From an uncultured Gammaproteobacteria bacterium (GTDB lineage: Bacteria; Pseudomonadota; Gammaproteobacteria; Steroidobacterales; Rariloculaceae), in contig CAYLKA010000005.1 in assembly GCA_964384125.1 (NCBI GenBank), positions 1,554 through 65,553 of the forward strand: a DNA stretch of 64,000 nt, given 5' to 3'. The translations under genes were made by a program, and so were the position numbers. The notes beneath the pieces are model-generated. The model ran no database searches and was not told the origin of the DNA. It saw nothing but the letters and a program-made list of their open reading frames with translations. Below, one piece after another: positions 18,704 to 26,576 of this stretch (position 1 is the stretch's first letter; each line of letters opens with the position of its first letter).

Positions 18704-20431
18704 ATGCAATCGAAGAACGTCGCTTATGCAATCCTTTCGGTGGGCGCCGCAGTCGCCACCTTTCCGGTCGTCACGCTCTCTGCTGACTATCACCACGTGC
18801 AGATTCTGGCGCCGAGCCCAATCGAAGCTGTAGGGTGGTATTCGGAACATCTGGATTGTGATCCGATCGCGGATCGTGGTGACGTCGTTCGCTGCGCAGA
18901 TATCGAAATCGTGTTCGTTGCCCAGCCGACCCTAGGTGGGACACAGGGAACGGGCGTTAATCACATCGCATTTTCATTCCGGGACCTTTCCGCCAAGATG
19001 GAGCAGTTGGAGGCCGTCGGGGTTCGAGGCTCGGGAGTTAGGCTTCAAAGGTTCGAGGATGGAGCGTTGTATCGCGACCTGGCCGGGTTGTATCGACAGG
19101 GGTTCATTTTCGATCCTTGGGGAACTCGGATAGAGCTCATCGAAGACCCCGATCACCTTGGTTTTCACCACGTTCACCTTAGCTCCGTCGACCCAGATGC
19201 GACATTGGCGTGGTATCAGAATGTGTTTGAGGGAGAGTTGACCCGCCTGAAAGGTCAAATCGACGGCTTGTTGTTCGATGGCGTATGGCTTCTCGTGGCG
19301 CAGCACGAGTCAGGCTTACCGGCGCCAACCGAGGGACGCACCCTGGATCACCTCGGGTTTGTGGTGCCGGATCTTGCCGAGGCTTCGGCGGAGTGGGATT
19401 CCCAGGGTGTCGTGGTTCAGGACGATTCGGCTCCGAGTCGCAGTGACGCACAGCGCGGCTACCTGACGGGGCCCGACGGTGTCCGTTTGGCGGTGGTGGA
19501 GCCGGGATGGGTCGGGGTCATGATCGAACAGGGCGAAGCGCTGGCGATGCAGACGCTGGAGCCGTACACGGCTCCACTGACGCCTTGGGGAGAACCAGAC
19601 CTGCAAGGCGTCTGGAGCGGTGATGCTGCACACAGCATACCCCTCGAGCGCCCTATCGCCGAGGAGGCGGAGACCTTGACGCCGGAGGAGGCCGATGCGC
19701 GGCGGGAGCGCGGCACGTTGAACAGTATCTGGGGCTACGAGCGGGAGTGGCGGGACACGACACTGGGCTACGCAAAGTCGGCACCGTCCAGGCAAGTCGC
19801 ATTGGTGATCGATCCACCGGATGGAAGGCTTCCTCCGATGACACCCAAAGGCGAGGCGTTCGCGGCGGCAGAGAGGGTGGACAGAGGCCTGCCCGCGGGG
19901 CCGGAGGACTTGAGCACTTGGGTGCGGTGTATCACCCGCGGATTACCTCGGCTTATGCGGGCGGGGGTTTATAACAACGGGTTGCAGATCGTGCAAGGTC
20001 CAGGGTATGTGGCTGTCCAAAAGGAGATGATCCACGAAACACGGGTAATACCGACCGATGGTAACCGGCCACATCTGGGAGCGGATCTCAAGCAATGGTT
20101 GGGAGATCCACGCGGTCATTGGGATGGGGACACCCTTGTGGTTGAGGTGACGAATTTTAACGGCAAGGCTCCGTACCTCGGAGCGGGCGAGGACATGACT
20201 TTGGTGGAACGCTACACGCGTATCGGCCCTGACACCTTGGAGTACCAGTTTACAGTGGACGATCCAACGATCTGGGTAAGTCCCTGGACTGCCAGGTTCA
20301 ATTTTCAGAAGGATGATGATCAGTACGAACTCGTCGAGTACGCTTGTCACGAGGGAAATTATGGCTTGACGAATATTTTGAGCGGTGCGCGCGCAACGGA
20401 ACAGGCGGCCGACGGTAACTCTAATCAATGA
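18704..20431 (+). CDS. Exported fusion protein: tandem VOC (glyoxalase/bleomycin-resistance/extradiol-dioxygenase fold) modules + family B domain
   Basis: 575 aa with a signal peptide. Two VOC-like modules (YHHVQIL...VNHIAFSF...FDPWGTRIELIE and FHHVHLS...LDHLGFVV...GPDGVRLAVVE). Then B motifs EPDLQGVW, RCITRGLPR, WLGDPRGHWDGDTLVVEV, VERYT, VDDPTIWVSPW, YACHEGN. Confidence 0.72.
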   Translation: MQSKNVAYAILSVGAAVATFPVVTLSADYHHVQILAPSPIEAVGWYSEHLDCDPIADRGDVVRCADIEIVFVAQPTLGGTQGTGVNHIAFSFRDLSAKMEQLEAVGVRGSGVRLQRFEDGALYRDLAGLYRQGFIFDPWGTRIELIEDPDHLGFHHVHLSSVDPDATLAWYQNVFEGELTRLKGQIDGLLFDGVWLLVAQHESGLPAPTEGRTLDHLGFVVPDLAEASAEWDSQGVVVQDDSAPSRSDAQRGYLTGPDGVRLAVVEPGWVGVMIEQGEALAMQTLEPYTAPLTPWGEPDLQGVWSGDAAHSIPLERPIAEEAETLTPEEADARRERGTLNSIWGYEREWRDTTLGYAKSAPSRQVALVIDPPDGRLPPMTPKGEAFAAAERVDRGLPAGPEDLSTWVRCITRGLPRLMRAGVYNNGLQIVQGPGYVAVQKEMIHETRVIPTDGNRPHLGADLKQWLGDPRGHWDGDTLVVEVTNFNGKAPYLGAGEDMTLVERYTRIGPDTLEYQFTVDDPTIWVSPWTARFNFQKDDDQYELVEYACHEGNYGLTNILSGARATEQAADGNSNQ

Positions 20432-20440
20432 GGCAAGACC

Positions 20441-20866
20441 ATGGCTAATAATCGAATAGCTTTCGTTGGGATCGGCATTGGCCTGTTGATTGCTGCGGCT
20501 CCTGCAGTGGCGCATCATGCGTTCGCAGCGGAATTTGATTCCACTAGGCCCGTCAGGCTGGAAGGGACGGTAACGCGGATGGAGTGGATCAATCCTCACT
20601 CGTGGCTTCATATCGATGTCACTGGAGAAAACGGTGCGGTTGAGAGCTGGATGATCGAAGCAGGGCCGGCCGGTGTCTTGGTGCGGCGCGGCTGGACAAA
20701 AGATTCGGTAGCACCGGGTACGGTGGTTCTAGTGGAAGGCTATCAGGCTCGAGATGGTTCTCTGCGCGCTAACGGCCGTGACGTCACACTTCCGGATGGA
20801 CGTCGCCTATTTGCGGGCTCAGGTGGGCCGGGCGCAGCGCCGGAGGATGCGGGTCGCAACGATTAG
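20441..20866 (+). CDS. Exported small protein, family A (DUF6152-like)
   Basis: 141 aa, 9 nt after the VOC-B gene. Signal peptide ...AAPAVA|HHAFAAEFD. WINPHSWLHIDV and VRRGW motifs. Confidence 0.8.
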   Translation: MANNRIAFVGIGIGLLIAAAPAVAHHAFAAEFDSTRPVRLEGTVTRMEWINPHSWLHIDVTGENGAVESWMIEAGPAGVLVRRGWTKDSVAPGTVVLVEGYQARDGSLRANGRDVTLPDGRRLFAGSGGPGAAPEDAGRND

Positions 20867-21092
20867 GTGCGCGACCACCTTTGAGTTTAGTTCTGCGGCG
20901 AGCCGCCCGGACCGCTACCCAGGATCTGATTGGCAGCTTTAGAGGATCCTAGGCCGATTATTGGCAGTGTCTCGCCAGTTCCAGAAGTTATCCGGGTCGG
21001 TAGGCGCGCCTGCTGACGCGTATAGCCTAATCGGGATAAGAGCTAGGATTGCCAGTTCGGTAAAAAATTAAAAAACCCTAATAAACAAAATA

Positions 21093-21140
21093 CTAGGATA
21101 TAAATCTATCATATGACATTAGGTTTATATCGATCCCTAG
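21093..21140. repeat. Inverted repeat inside an AT-rich non-coding island
   Basis: Perfect 8-bp arms GATATAAA (21097-21104) and TTTATATC (21124-21131) around a central CATATG, with CTAG on both outer flanks. Embedded in a stretch (about 21040-21215) visibly more AT-rich than the rest of the window. Confidence 0.5.
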
Positions 21141-21370
21141 TCACCATAGGTTGTTCGGTTACTCCGAGGAGTTAGAAAAAAATAGTCCGGCTGAGGGCCT
21201 CATCCGTCAACCGGGTGGTGATAAAGCGGAAAAACGACCAGCTCCTTTACCTATGTGGGCTAACGAGGCGGAGGACCTGGGGTCGGTTGGCGACCCCGTC
21301 TTCTTCTCCAACCCCCCCTTCCAGGGGTAAGATGAGCGGGAATAACACTCGGTCACTTGGGGAACTATCG

Positions 21371-22627
21371 ATGCGTAAAATAAAGAGAAAAATGCATTAC
21401 CAGAACGCTGCCGCTAAAGCGTTGGCGCTACCCTTGCTCTTGGCGTTAGCGTCATGCGGGCAGGCTCCAGATGGAGGAGGGGCCGCCGTCTATGAAGGCG
21501 CGCGACTCATTATCGGCGACGGTTCGGTTATTGAGAATGGTTCGCTCGTGGTCGAGAACGGTCAGATCACTGCTGTGGGTGCGACAGGGCAGGTCGCTGC
21601 GCCGGCGGGTGCGGAAGCTATGGATCTAAGCGGTATGACGATAATACCGGCGTTGGTCGACACGCATGTTCACATGGGTACCACCCGAGAGGATCTTCTC
21701 AACGATCTGAGGCGGCGGGCATACTTTGGTGTTGGTGCGGCGATGAGCATGGGCTCGGATCTCGAGGGTACGCCATTGGAGATTCGCGACGAAATCCATG
21801 CCGGACATGCCCGGTACCTTTCTACGGGAACGGGTATCACCCGTCCTGAGCCAGGTCGTCGTGAGGTTCATTGGATCAACACTGTGGCCGAGGCCGGGGA
21901 GGCCGTGCGCACTGAAGCAGCACGCGACCTGGACATCATCAAGATTTGGGTTGATGACCGGAATGGCCAATTCGATAAGCTGACACCGGAACTCTATGGT
22001 GCCGTTATCGACGTGGCGCACCAGAATGACGTGCGTGTTTCAGCGCACATCTTCAACCAAGAAGATGCAAAGGGTTTGCTCCGAGCTGGACTCGACATTT
22101 TTGCCCACGGCGTGCGTGATCGGGATATCGACGGTGAGACACTCCGGCTCTTTAACGCAAACCCGGACGTCGTGCTCATTCCGAACCTGCCCGGCCGAGG
22201 CGTGAGCACCGATTACAGTTGGCTGGAGGGCTCGATTCCTGCGGGAAGCCTGCAGCAGTTGCAGTCAATGGGGAGTGACCCCATGGCCCAAGCGGCTTAC
22301 GGGATTCAGGCCCGCAACCTCGCCAGGCTGAGTCAGCAGGGCGTGACCATAGCTATGGGTACCGACGGCAACACACCGTGGGGGGCACATGTCGAGATGG
22401 AGGACATGGCCGAGGCCGGGATGTCTCCTGGAGACGTTATCGTGTCTGCGACCGGTAATGCGGCTGAGCTCCTCGGGCTTGATGACATGGGTACCCTTGA
22501 AGCGGGCAAGAGCGCGGACTTCGTCGTTCTCGAAGCAAATCCGCTTGATGACATCACTAACACGCGACAGATCGCTTCAGTGTATCTGCGCGGCGAGGCA
22601 GTGGATCGCGACAACTTTATGTGGTGA
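21371..22627 (+). CDS. Amidohydrolase-family metallohydrolase, predicted lipoprotein
   Basis: Lipobox LALASC after a basic N-terminus (MRKIKRKMHYQ...). LVDTHVHMG HxH motif and downstream His/Asp residues typical of the amidohydrolase superfamily. ATG 21371 preferred over ORF-track GTG 21215. Confidence 0.75.
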   Translation: MRKIKRKMHYQNAAAKALALPLLLALASCGQAPDGGGAAVYEGARLIIGDGSVIENGSLVVENGQITAVGATGQVAAPAGAEAMDLSGMTIIPALVDTHVHMGTTREDLLNDLRRRAYFGVGAAMSMGSDLEGTPLEIRDEIHAGHARYLSTGTGITRPEPGRREVHWINTVAEAGEAVRTEAARDLDIIKIWVDDRNGQFDKLTPELYGAVIDVAHQNDVRVSAHIFNQEDAKGLLRAGLDIFAHGVRDRDIDGETLRLFNANPDVVLIPNLPGRGVSTDYSWLEGSIPAGSLQQLQSMGSDPMAQAAYGIQARNLARLSQQGVTIAMGTDGNTPWGAHVEMEDMAEAGMSPGDVIVSATGNAAELLGLDDMGTLEAGKSADFVVLEANPLDDITNTRQIASVYLRGEAVDRDNFMW

Positions 22628-22722
22628 TCGGCTGTGTCCAGCGTGTATTGAGGCAGCAGGCGCTGCGTTTAGCACAGTCCCTGTTGGGGCCTCACTTGTT
22701 GGGAAATTGGCGGAGTAAAAGC

Positions 22723-24006
22723 ATGAACAAAACTAATCAGAGCATTGCGGCGTTGGCTGGTGGGCTTTTGGTGATCCTTTTAGTGGGCAGCCAGACCGGT
22801 CACGTGCAGGAACAGGACTTACCGGGCGCTGGATTTGCGGCTATTCCTGGACAGATTGGCGGCCAGGACGCCTTTGGGCCGTACGATGTCGTCGAGAACT
22901 GGCCGAAGCCAATGTCGGAAAGCCTCCCTGGGCACGAGGGCTGGACCTATTCCGTCACCATGGACGTCTTCGCCGAAAATCCGGACCGAGTATTTCTTGT
23001 GCAGAAAGGTGAGTTACCAATTATGGAACGACCGGGAGAGTCGGTTTGGTTACCGGAACTCGGGCCGGGTTTCCATTACCCGAATTTCAGGCTGCCGCTG
23101 CGCCAAGCGGGTGGTGCGATTCCGAACGGAGACCAACTGGAGGAGCCAGGGGGTGGTAGAGCGGGCATCGACTGGCGCTGGGAGCACTGCGTGCTGGTTG
23201 TCGATCGCGAAGGCAATATTGTGGAGGAGTGGACTCAGTGGGATCATCTCTGGTACAGACCCCATGATGTAGAAATAAGCCCTTACGATCCGGATAAACA
23301 TGTCTGGATAGTGGACGCGGATGGTCACTTTGTCGCCAAGTTCACAAACGATGGCTCCGAGTTAGTTCTGACGCTGGGTACTCCCGGAGAGCCGGGCGAA
23401 GGCGACAATCATCTTAGTCGGCCGACGTTTCTAACATTCATGGATGAGAACACGATGTATCTCGCGGACGGCTACGACAACACGCGCGTCATCAAGTACG
23501 ACATGGATGGCAATATCCTGGCGCAGTGGGGTGAGAGAGGTCTTGGCTCTGGTCAGGAGACCCGACCGGGCTACTGGAATAATGTGCACGGGATTGCCGT
23601 TGATCCAACGACGCGACGCGTATTCGTCAATGATCGCGATAACGGTCGGGTGCAGGTTTTCGATGAAGACGGAGAGTATCTCTACGAGTGGAGTTTCTGG
23701 AAGGGCCGCCGGGGACAGCCACACGACATCCACAGCTTTATCGTGACGAGCGACAATAAGCTATGGGCAGCTGATCAAGGCACGCATAAGATTGTAGGTT
23801 ACGATCTCGAGGGGCATTACCTCTACTCCTGGGGCAGCTGGGGCGATTACCCCGGCGGCATGTGGGGCGTGCACGGGATGTCTACAGATAAGGAGGGCAA
23901 CTTCTATACTGCTTCTGTGAACAACGGCCGGATCATGAAGTTCCGACCGCGGGACGGAGCTAATTCTGATTTCCTCGTCGGCAAACCGTGGCCGGGGGTC
24001 TGGTAG
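22723..24006 (+). CDS. Exported NHL-repeat beta-propeller protein (peptidyl-alpha-hydroxyglycine lyase-like fold)
   Basis: Signal peptide MNKTNQSIAALAGGLLVILLVGS. Repeated NHL-type blades (VWIVDADGHFVAKF, MYLADGYDNTRVIKYDMDGN, VFVNDRDNGRVQVFDEDGE, LWAADQGTHKIVGYDLEGH, FYTASVNNGRIMKF). Confidence 0.7.
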   Translation: MNKTNQSIAALAGGLLVILLVGSQTGHVQEQDLPGAGFAAIPGQIGGQDAFGPYDVVENWPKPMSESLPGHEGWTYSVTMDVFAENPDRVFLVQKGELPIMERPGESVWLPELGPGFHYPNFRLPLRQAGGAIPNGDQLEEPGGGRAGIDWRWEHCVLVVDREGNIVEEWTQWDHLWYRPHDVEISPYDPDKHVWIVDADGHFVAKFTNDGSELVLTLGTPGEPGEGDNHLSRPTFLTFMDENTMYLADGYDNTRVIKYDMDGNILAQWGERGLGSGQETRPGYWNNVHGIAVDPTTRRVFVNDRDNGRVQVFDEDGEYLYEWSFWKGRRGQPHDIHSFIVTSDNKLWAADQGTHKIVGYDLEGHYLYSWGSWGDYPGGMWGVHGMSTDKEGNFYTASVNNGRIMKFRPRDGANSDFLVGKPWPGVW

Positions 24007-24014
24007 AGGGGTGC

Positions 24015-24058
24015 AGCTCGCCCGGCAAAACGTGAGGCTGGGCGAGCTTTCTTCTGTT
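24015..24058 (+). terminator. Rho-independent terminator candidate after the NHL gene
   Basis: 9-bp stem AGCTCGCCC (24015-24023) / GGGCGAGCT (24040-24048), followed by the T-rich TTCTTCTGTT. Confidence 0.55.
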
Positions 24059-24158
24059 GAATGCCTTTCGCTATTTGTAACGGAGCCCTCGCTGGTGCCT
24101 TCGTAATGAGTCATTTACTCAATTTGCCTCTACGGTGCCGGGGAGGAGGATGCAGACC

Positions 24159-24590
24159 ATGCCTCATACCCGCTTCATAGTAGCCGCGACCCTAATGCTC
24201 ACCCCGTTCATGGGGTCGACGCATCACGGCGACGCGGGGCGGTACCAAGAAACGATCACCACGCTGTCCGGGACGGTCGTCGCGCTGCAGATCATCAATC
24301 CCCATTCCATGCTCATTCTCGATGTGGAGAACGTGAACGGGCAGGCTGTGAGATGGCAGGTTGAGTTCTCAAACGCGACCGGCTTAGCCCGCATCGGCTG
24401 GACGAATGAAACGTTGCGCCCTGGTGATGCAGTCACACTAACTGGCCGGCGGGTGAGGAGCGGCGCACCTTATATTAATCTGAGCGAGCGGGCGCGGATC
24501 CTGAAGCTGGAGACCTGTGAGGTGGTATACGCATCCGGCATGATATTCGGTGACCCGCCGGATTATCCGGTGCCGGATTGCGTGCCCTAA
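24159..24590 (+). CDS. Exported small protein, family A (divergent DUF6152-like)
   Basis: GGGAGGAGG RBS upstream. Signal ...TPFMGST|HHGDAGRY. IINPHSMLILDV and RIGW motifs. ATG 24159 preferred (24135 and 24150 are alternatives). Confidence 0.68.
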   Translation: MPHTRFIVAATLMLTPFMGSTHHGDAGRYQETITTLSGTVVALQIINPHSMLILDVENVNGQAVRWQVEFSNATGLARIGWTNETLRPGDAVTLTGRRVRSGAPYINLSERARILKLETCEVVYASGMIFGDPPDYPVPDCVP

Positions 24591-24611
24591 AAGGCTAGAC
24601 GAGGTTAACGC

Positions 24612-25619
24612 GTGTATCGAGCCGTCGTTGCTTTTCTTTTGCTTTTTTCCGTGCAAGCGTCCGGCCAAGACGAGTCGAATTTTTACACGGGGCGTACAGT
24701 CAGCATCCTGGTCGGCTCGGGGGCCGGAGGGCTGACTGATACTTCGGCGAGGTTGATCGCGCGTTTTCTCGAGCGGCATATCCCCGGCGAGCCCACGGTG
24801 ATCGTTCAGAACATGCCGGGCGGCGGCGGTGTCACCATGGCTAACCACGTGTTTCGATCAGCTCCCCGCGACGGTACCGTCATGGGCTATTCCTCACCGG
24901 GGATGATTACGGCCGAGCTACTGGAGCCGAATCGGGCGAAATATGAAGGAAGTCGGTTGAACTGGATCGGCTCGGCGTTCCGTTCGACTAACACCCTCGC
25001 GGTACTAGACACGGCTGGCGCGATGACTTTGGAGGATGCCCGAACCAAGGAGATTTTCCTGGGGGCTTCTGGAAGGGGCTCTCCGTTATTTCAAATTCCA
25101 ACCCTCGCTAACGCGTTACTGGGTTTACGTATCAATATCATTACCGGGTATGAGGGTGGAAGCGCGGTCGTGCTGGCAATGGAACGCGGGGAGGTCGATG
25201 GGCAGGCGATTGCACTGGATTTCTGGGCGAATCTTCGCCCGGAATGGCTCTCCAACGGTTCCCTCACTCACTTATTGAGAATAGGACCACCTGACCTCGA
25301 GCGTGCACCAGGTGTTCCTCACCTGCGGGACCTCGTGGATTCGGAACAGGACCGGGCACTCGTCGATATCGTAGAGATTGGTTTTACCTTGGGTTGGCCG
25401 CTTTTCACGCCGCCGGGGGTGCCGCAGGACAGAGTCGTAGTTCTACGTGAGGCGTTCGCGCGTCTCGTCGAGGATCCCGAGTTCGCTCGCATGGCGCTGA
25501 GTTCGCTTCATATCGAACTGGACCCCATTCAGGGCGACGAGCTTACCCGCTACGTTGAGCAGGCATTGAGCACGCCGCAACCGCTGATCGATGAAGCGAT
25601 TCGCTTGCTGGGTTTATGA
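24612..25619 (+). CDS. tctC: Tripartite tricarboxylate transporter substrate-binding protein (TctC/Bug family)
   Basis: 335 aa with a signal peptide. GSGAGGLTDTSARL... and QNMPGGGG motifs typical of Bug/TctC receptors. Confidence 0.85.
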   Translation: MYRAVVAFLLLFSVQASGQDESNFYTGRTVSILVGSGAGGLTDTSARLIARFLERHIPGEPTVIVQNMPGGGGVTMANHVFRSAPRDGTVMGYSSPGMITAELLEPNRAKYEGSRLNWIGSAFRSTNTLAVLDTAGAMTLEDARTKEIFLGASGRGSPLFQIPTLANALLGLRINIITGYEGGSAVVLAMERGEVDGQAIALDFWANLRPEWLSNGSLTHLLRIGPPDLERAPGVPHLRDLVDSEQDRALVDIVEIGFTLGWPLFTPPGVPQDRVVVLREAFARLVEDPEFARMALSSLHIELDPIQGDELTRYVEQALSTPQPLIDEAIRLLGL

Positions 25620-26534
25620 AGCCAAGGCGCCTAGGCGCTCGTCTATGATAGCTTCGAAGTGGCTCTCCGGAGCTAGTAGATCCCAGCCCACCATCCAATC
25701 GTAAATGCGGTCGTAGTCCTCCGCCGTATACGGTCGGGGATAAACGTAGCGAAACCGGCCAAGGTAAAAATCGTTCTCGCTGATGTTGGCGATCTCGTTG
25801 GGCACTTCTCGGATCATGAATTTCAAATAGGGCTCGATATCTTCGTCGATCTTATCGACCGCCTTGCGGATGGCTCTGTCCACCGCCGCGTAACCCTCGG
25901 GGTCCAGCGATGGGACGCCAACCTCGGCACCCTCATAGAACGCCTCGCACAGAATTTTGTGCCCGCGTTTGACGGCGACGGTGATCCAAGGTTCCATCAG
26001 GGCGGCGGCACCAATTTTTCCGTCTTCCAAAAACTTTAGTCGCTGCTTTGGTCCGCCGACGTGACCTGGTCTGATCTCGTCTTGTTTAAGATAGCCTTCG
26101 AGCAACGAGAGTGTCACGTAGTGCGACCCAGCGTGCATGTTCACACCAACGGTCACATTGTGTAGATCAGATGGGATGTTGTATGGAGAATCGCCCAGGA
26201 CAACTAGCGCCTGTGTAGCTACCGCCGCTCGCTTGGAAATGACGCGTGCTCCCTCGTGGCTGTCTTGCGTTCGGCGAATTTGCCCCCACTCGCAAGCGCG
26301 ATACATGCAGTACTCACCCTTCTCGATGCCTTCGTGCCAGCCGTAAGATTTCACGGCCTTATGATCCAAGATCGGCTCAGTGGGTACCTCTTTGTCGCGA
26401 TCGCGGCCAGAACCTGCGGGGATGAGTTCGACGTCCAGTCCCTCGTTTTTGAAAAGGCCTTCTTCTAATGCGACGTGATAAGGCAACGAGAAGACGGCAT
26501 TGTTGACTTCGATCTTCATGTTCTTGAGCGCCAT
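25614..26534 (-). CDS. Cytoplasmic NMT1/THI5-like (SsuA-type periplasmic-binding-protein fold) protein
   Basis: 306 aa with no signal peptide. N-terminal LPYHVALEEGLFKNEGLDVELIP pattern typical of NMT1/SsuA-like domains. Last gene of the minus-strand array. Confidence 0.55.
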   Translation of the reverse strand: MALKNMKIEVNNAVFSLPYHVALEEGLFKNEGLDVELIPAGSGRDRDKEVPTEPILDHKAVKSYGWHEGIEKGEYCMYRACEWGQIRRTQDSHEGARVISKRAAVATQALVVLGDSPYNIPSDLHNVTVGVNMHAGSHYVTLSLLEGYLKQDEIRPGHVGGPKQRLKFLEDGKIGAAALMEPWITVAVKRGHKILCEAFYEGAEVGVPSLDPEGYAAVDRAIRKAVDKIDEDIEPYLKFMIREVPNEIANISENDFYLGRFRYVYPRPYTAEDYDRIYDWMVGWDLLAPESHFEAIIDERLGALAS

Positions 26535-26576
26535 GAGAACTCCATAAGTAAGTGTCGTAGATTCAATAGAGGTTGG

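Noticed and set aside
18200-20611. Long antisense or alternative-frame ORFs (18200..18850 at 216 aa, 18279..18833 at 184 aa, 19316..19795 at 159 aa, 19943..20611 at 222 aa).
   Set aside because: They overlap the motif-rich family B, VOC-B and family A genes. Their translations are Arg/Pro-rich with no motifs.
21215-21370. Upstream extension of the amidohydrolase ORF (GTG 21215).
   Set aside because: The added 52 residues are low-complexity (RRRTWGRLATPSSSPTPPSRG) and would place the lipoprotein signal internally. ATG 21371 gives a proper lipobox signal.
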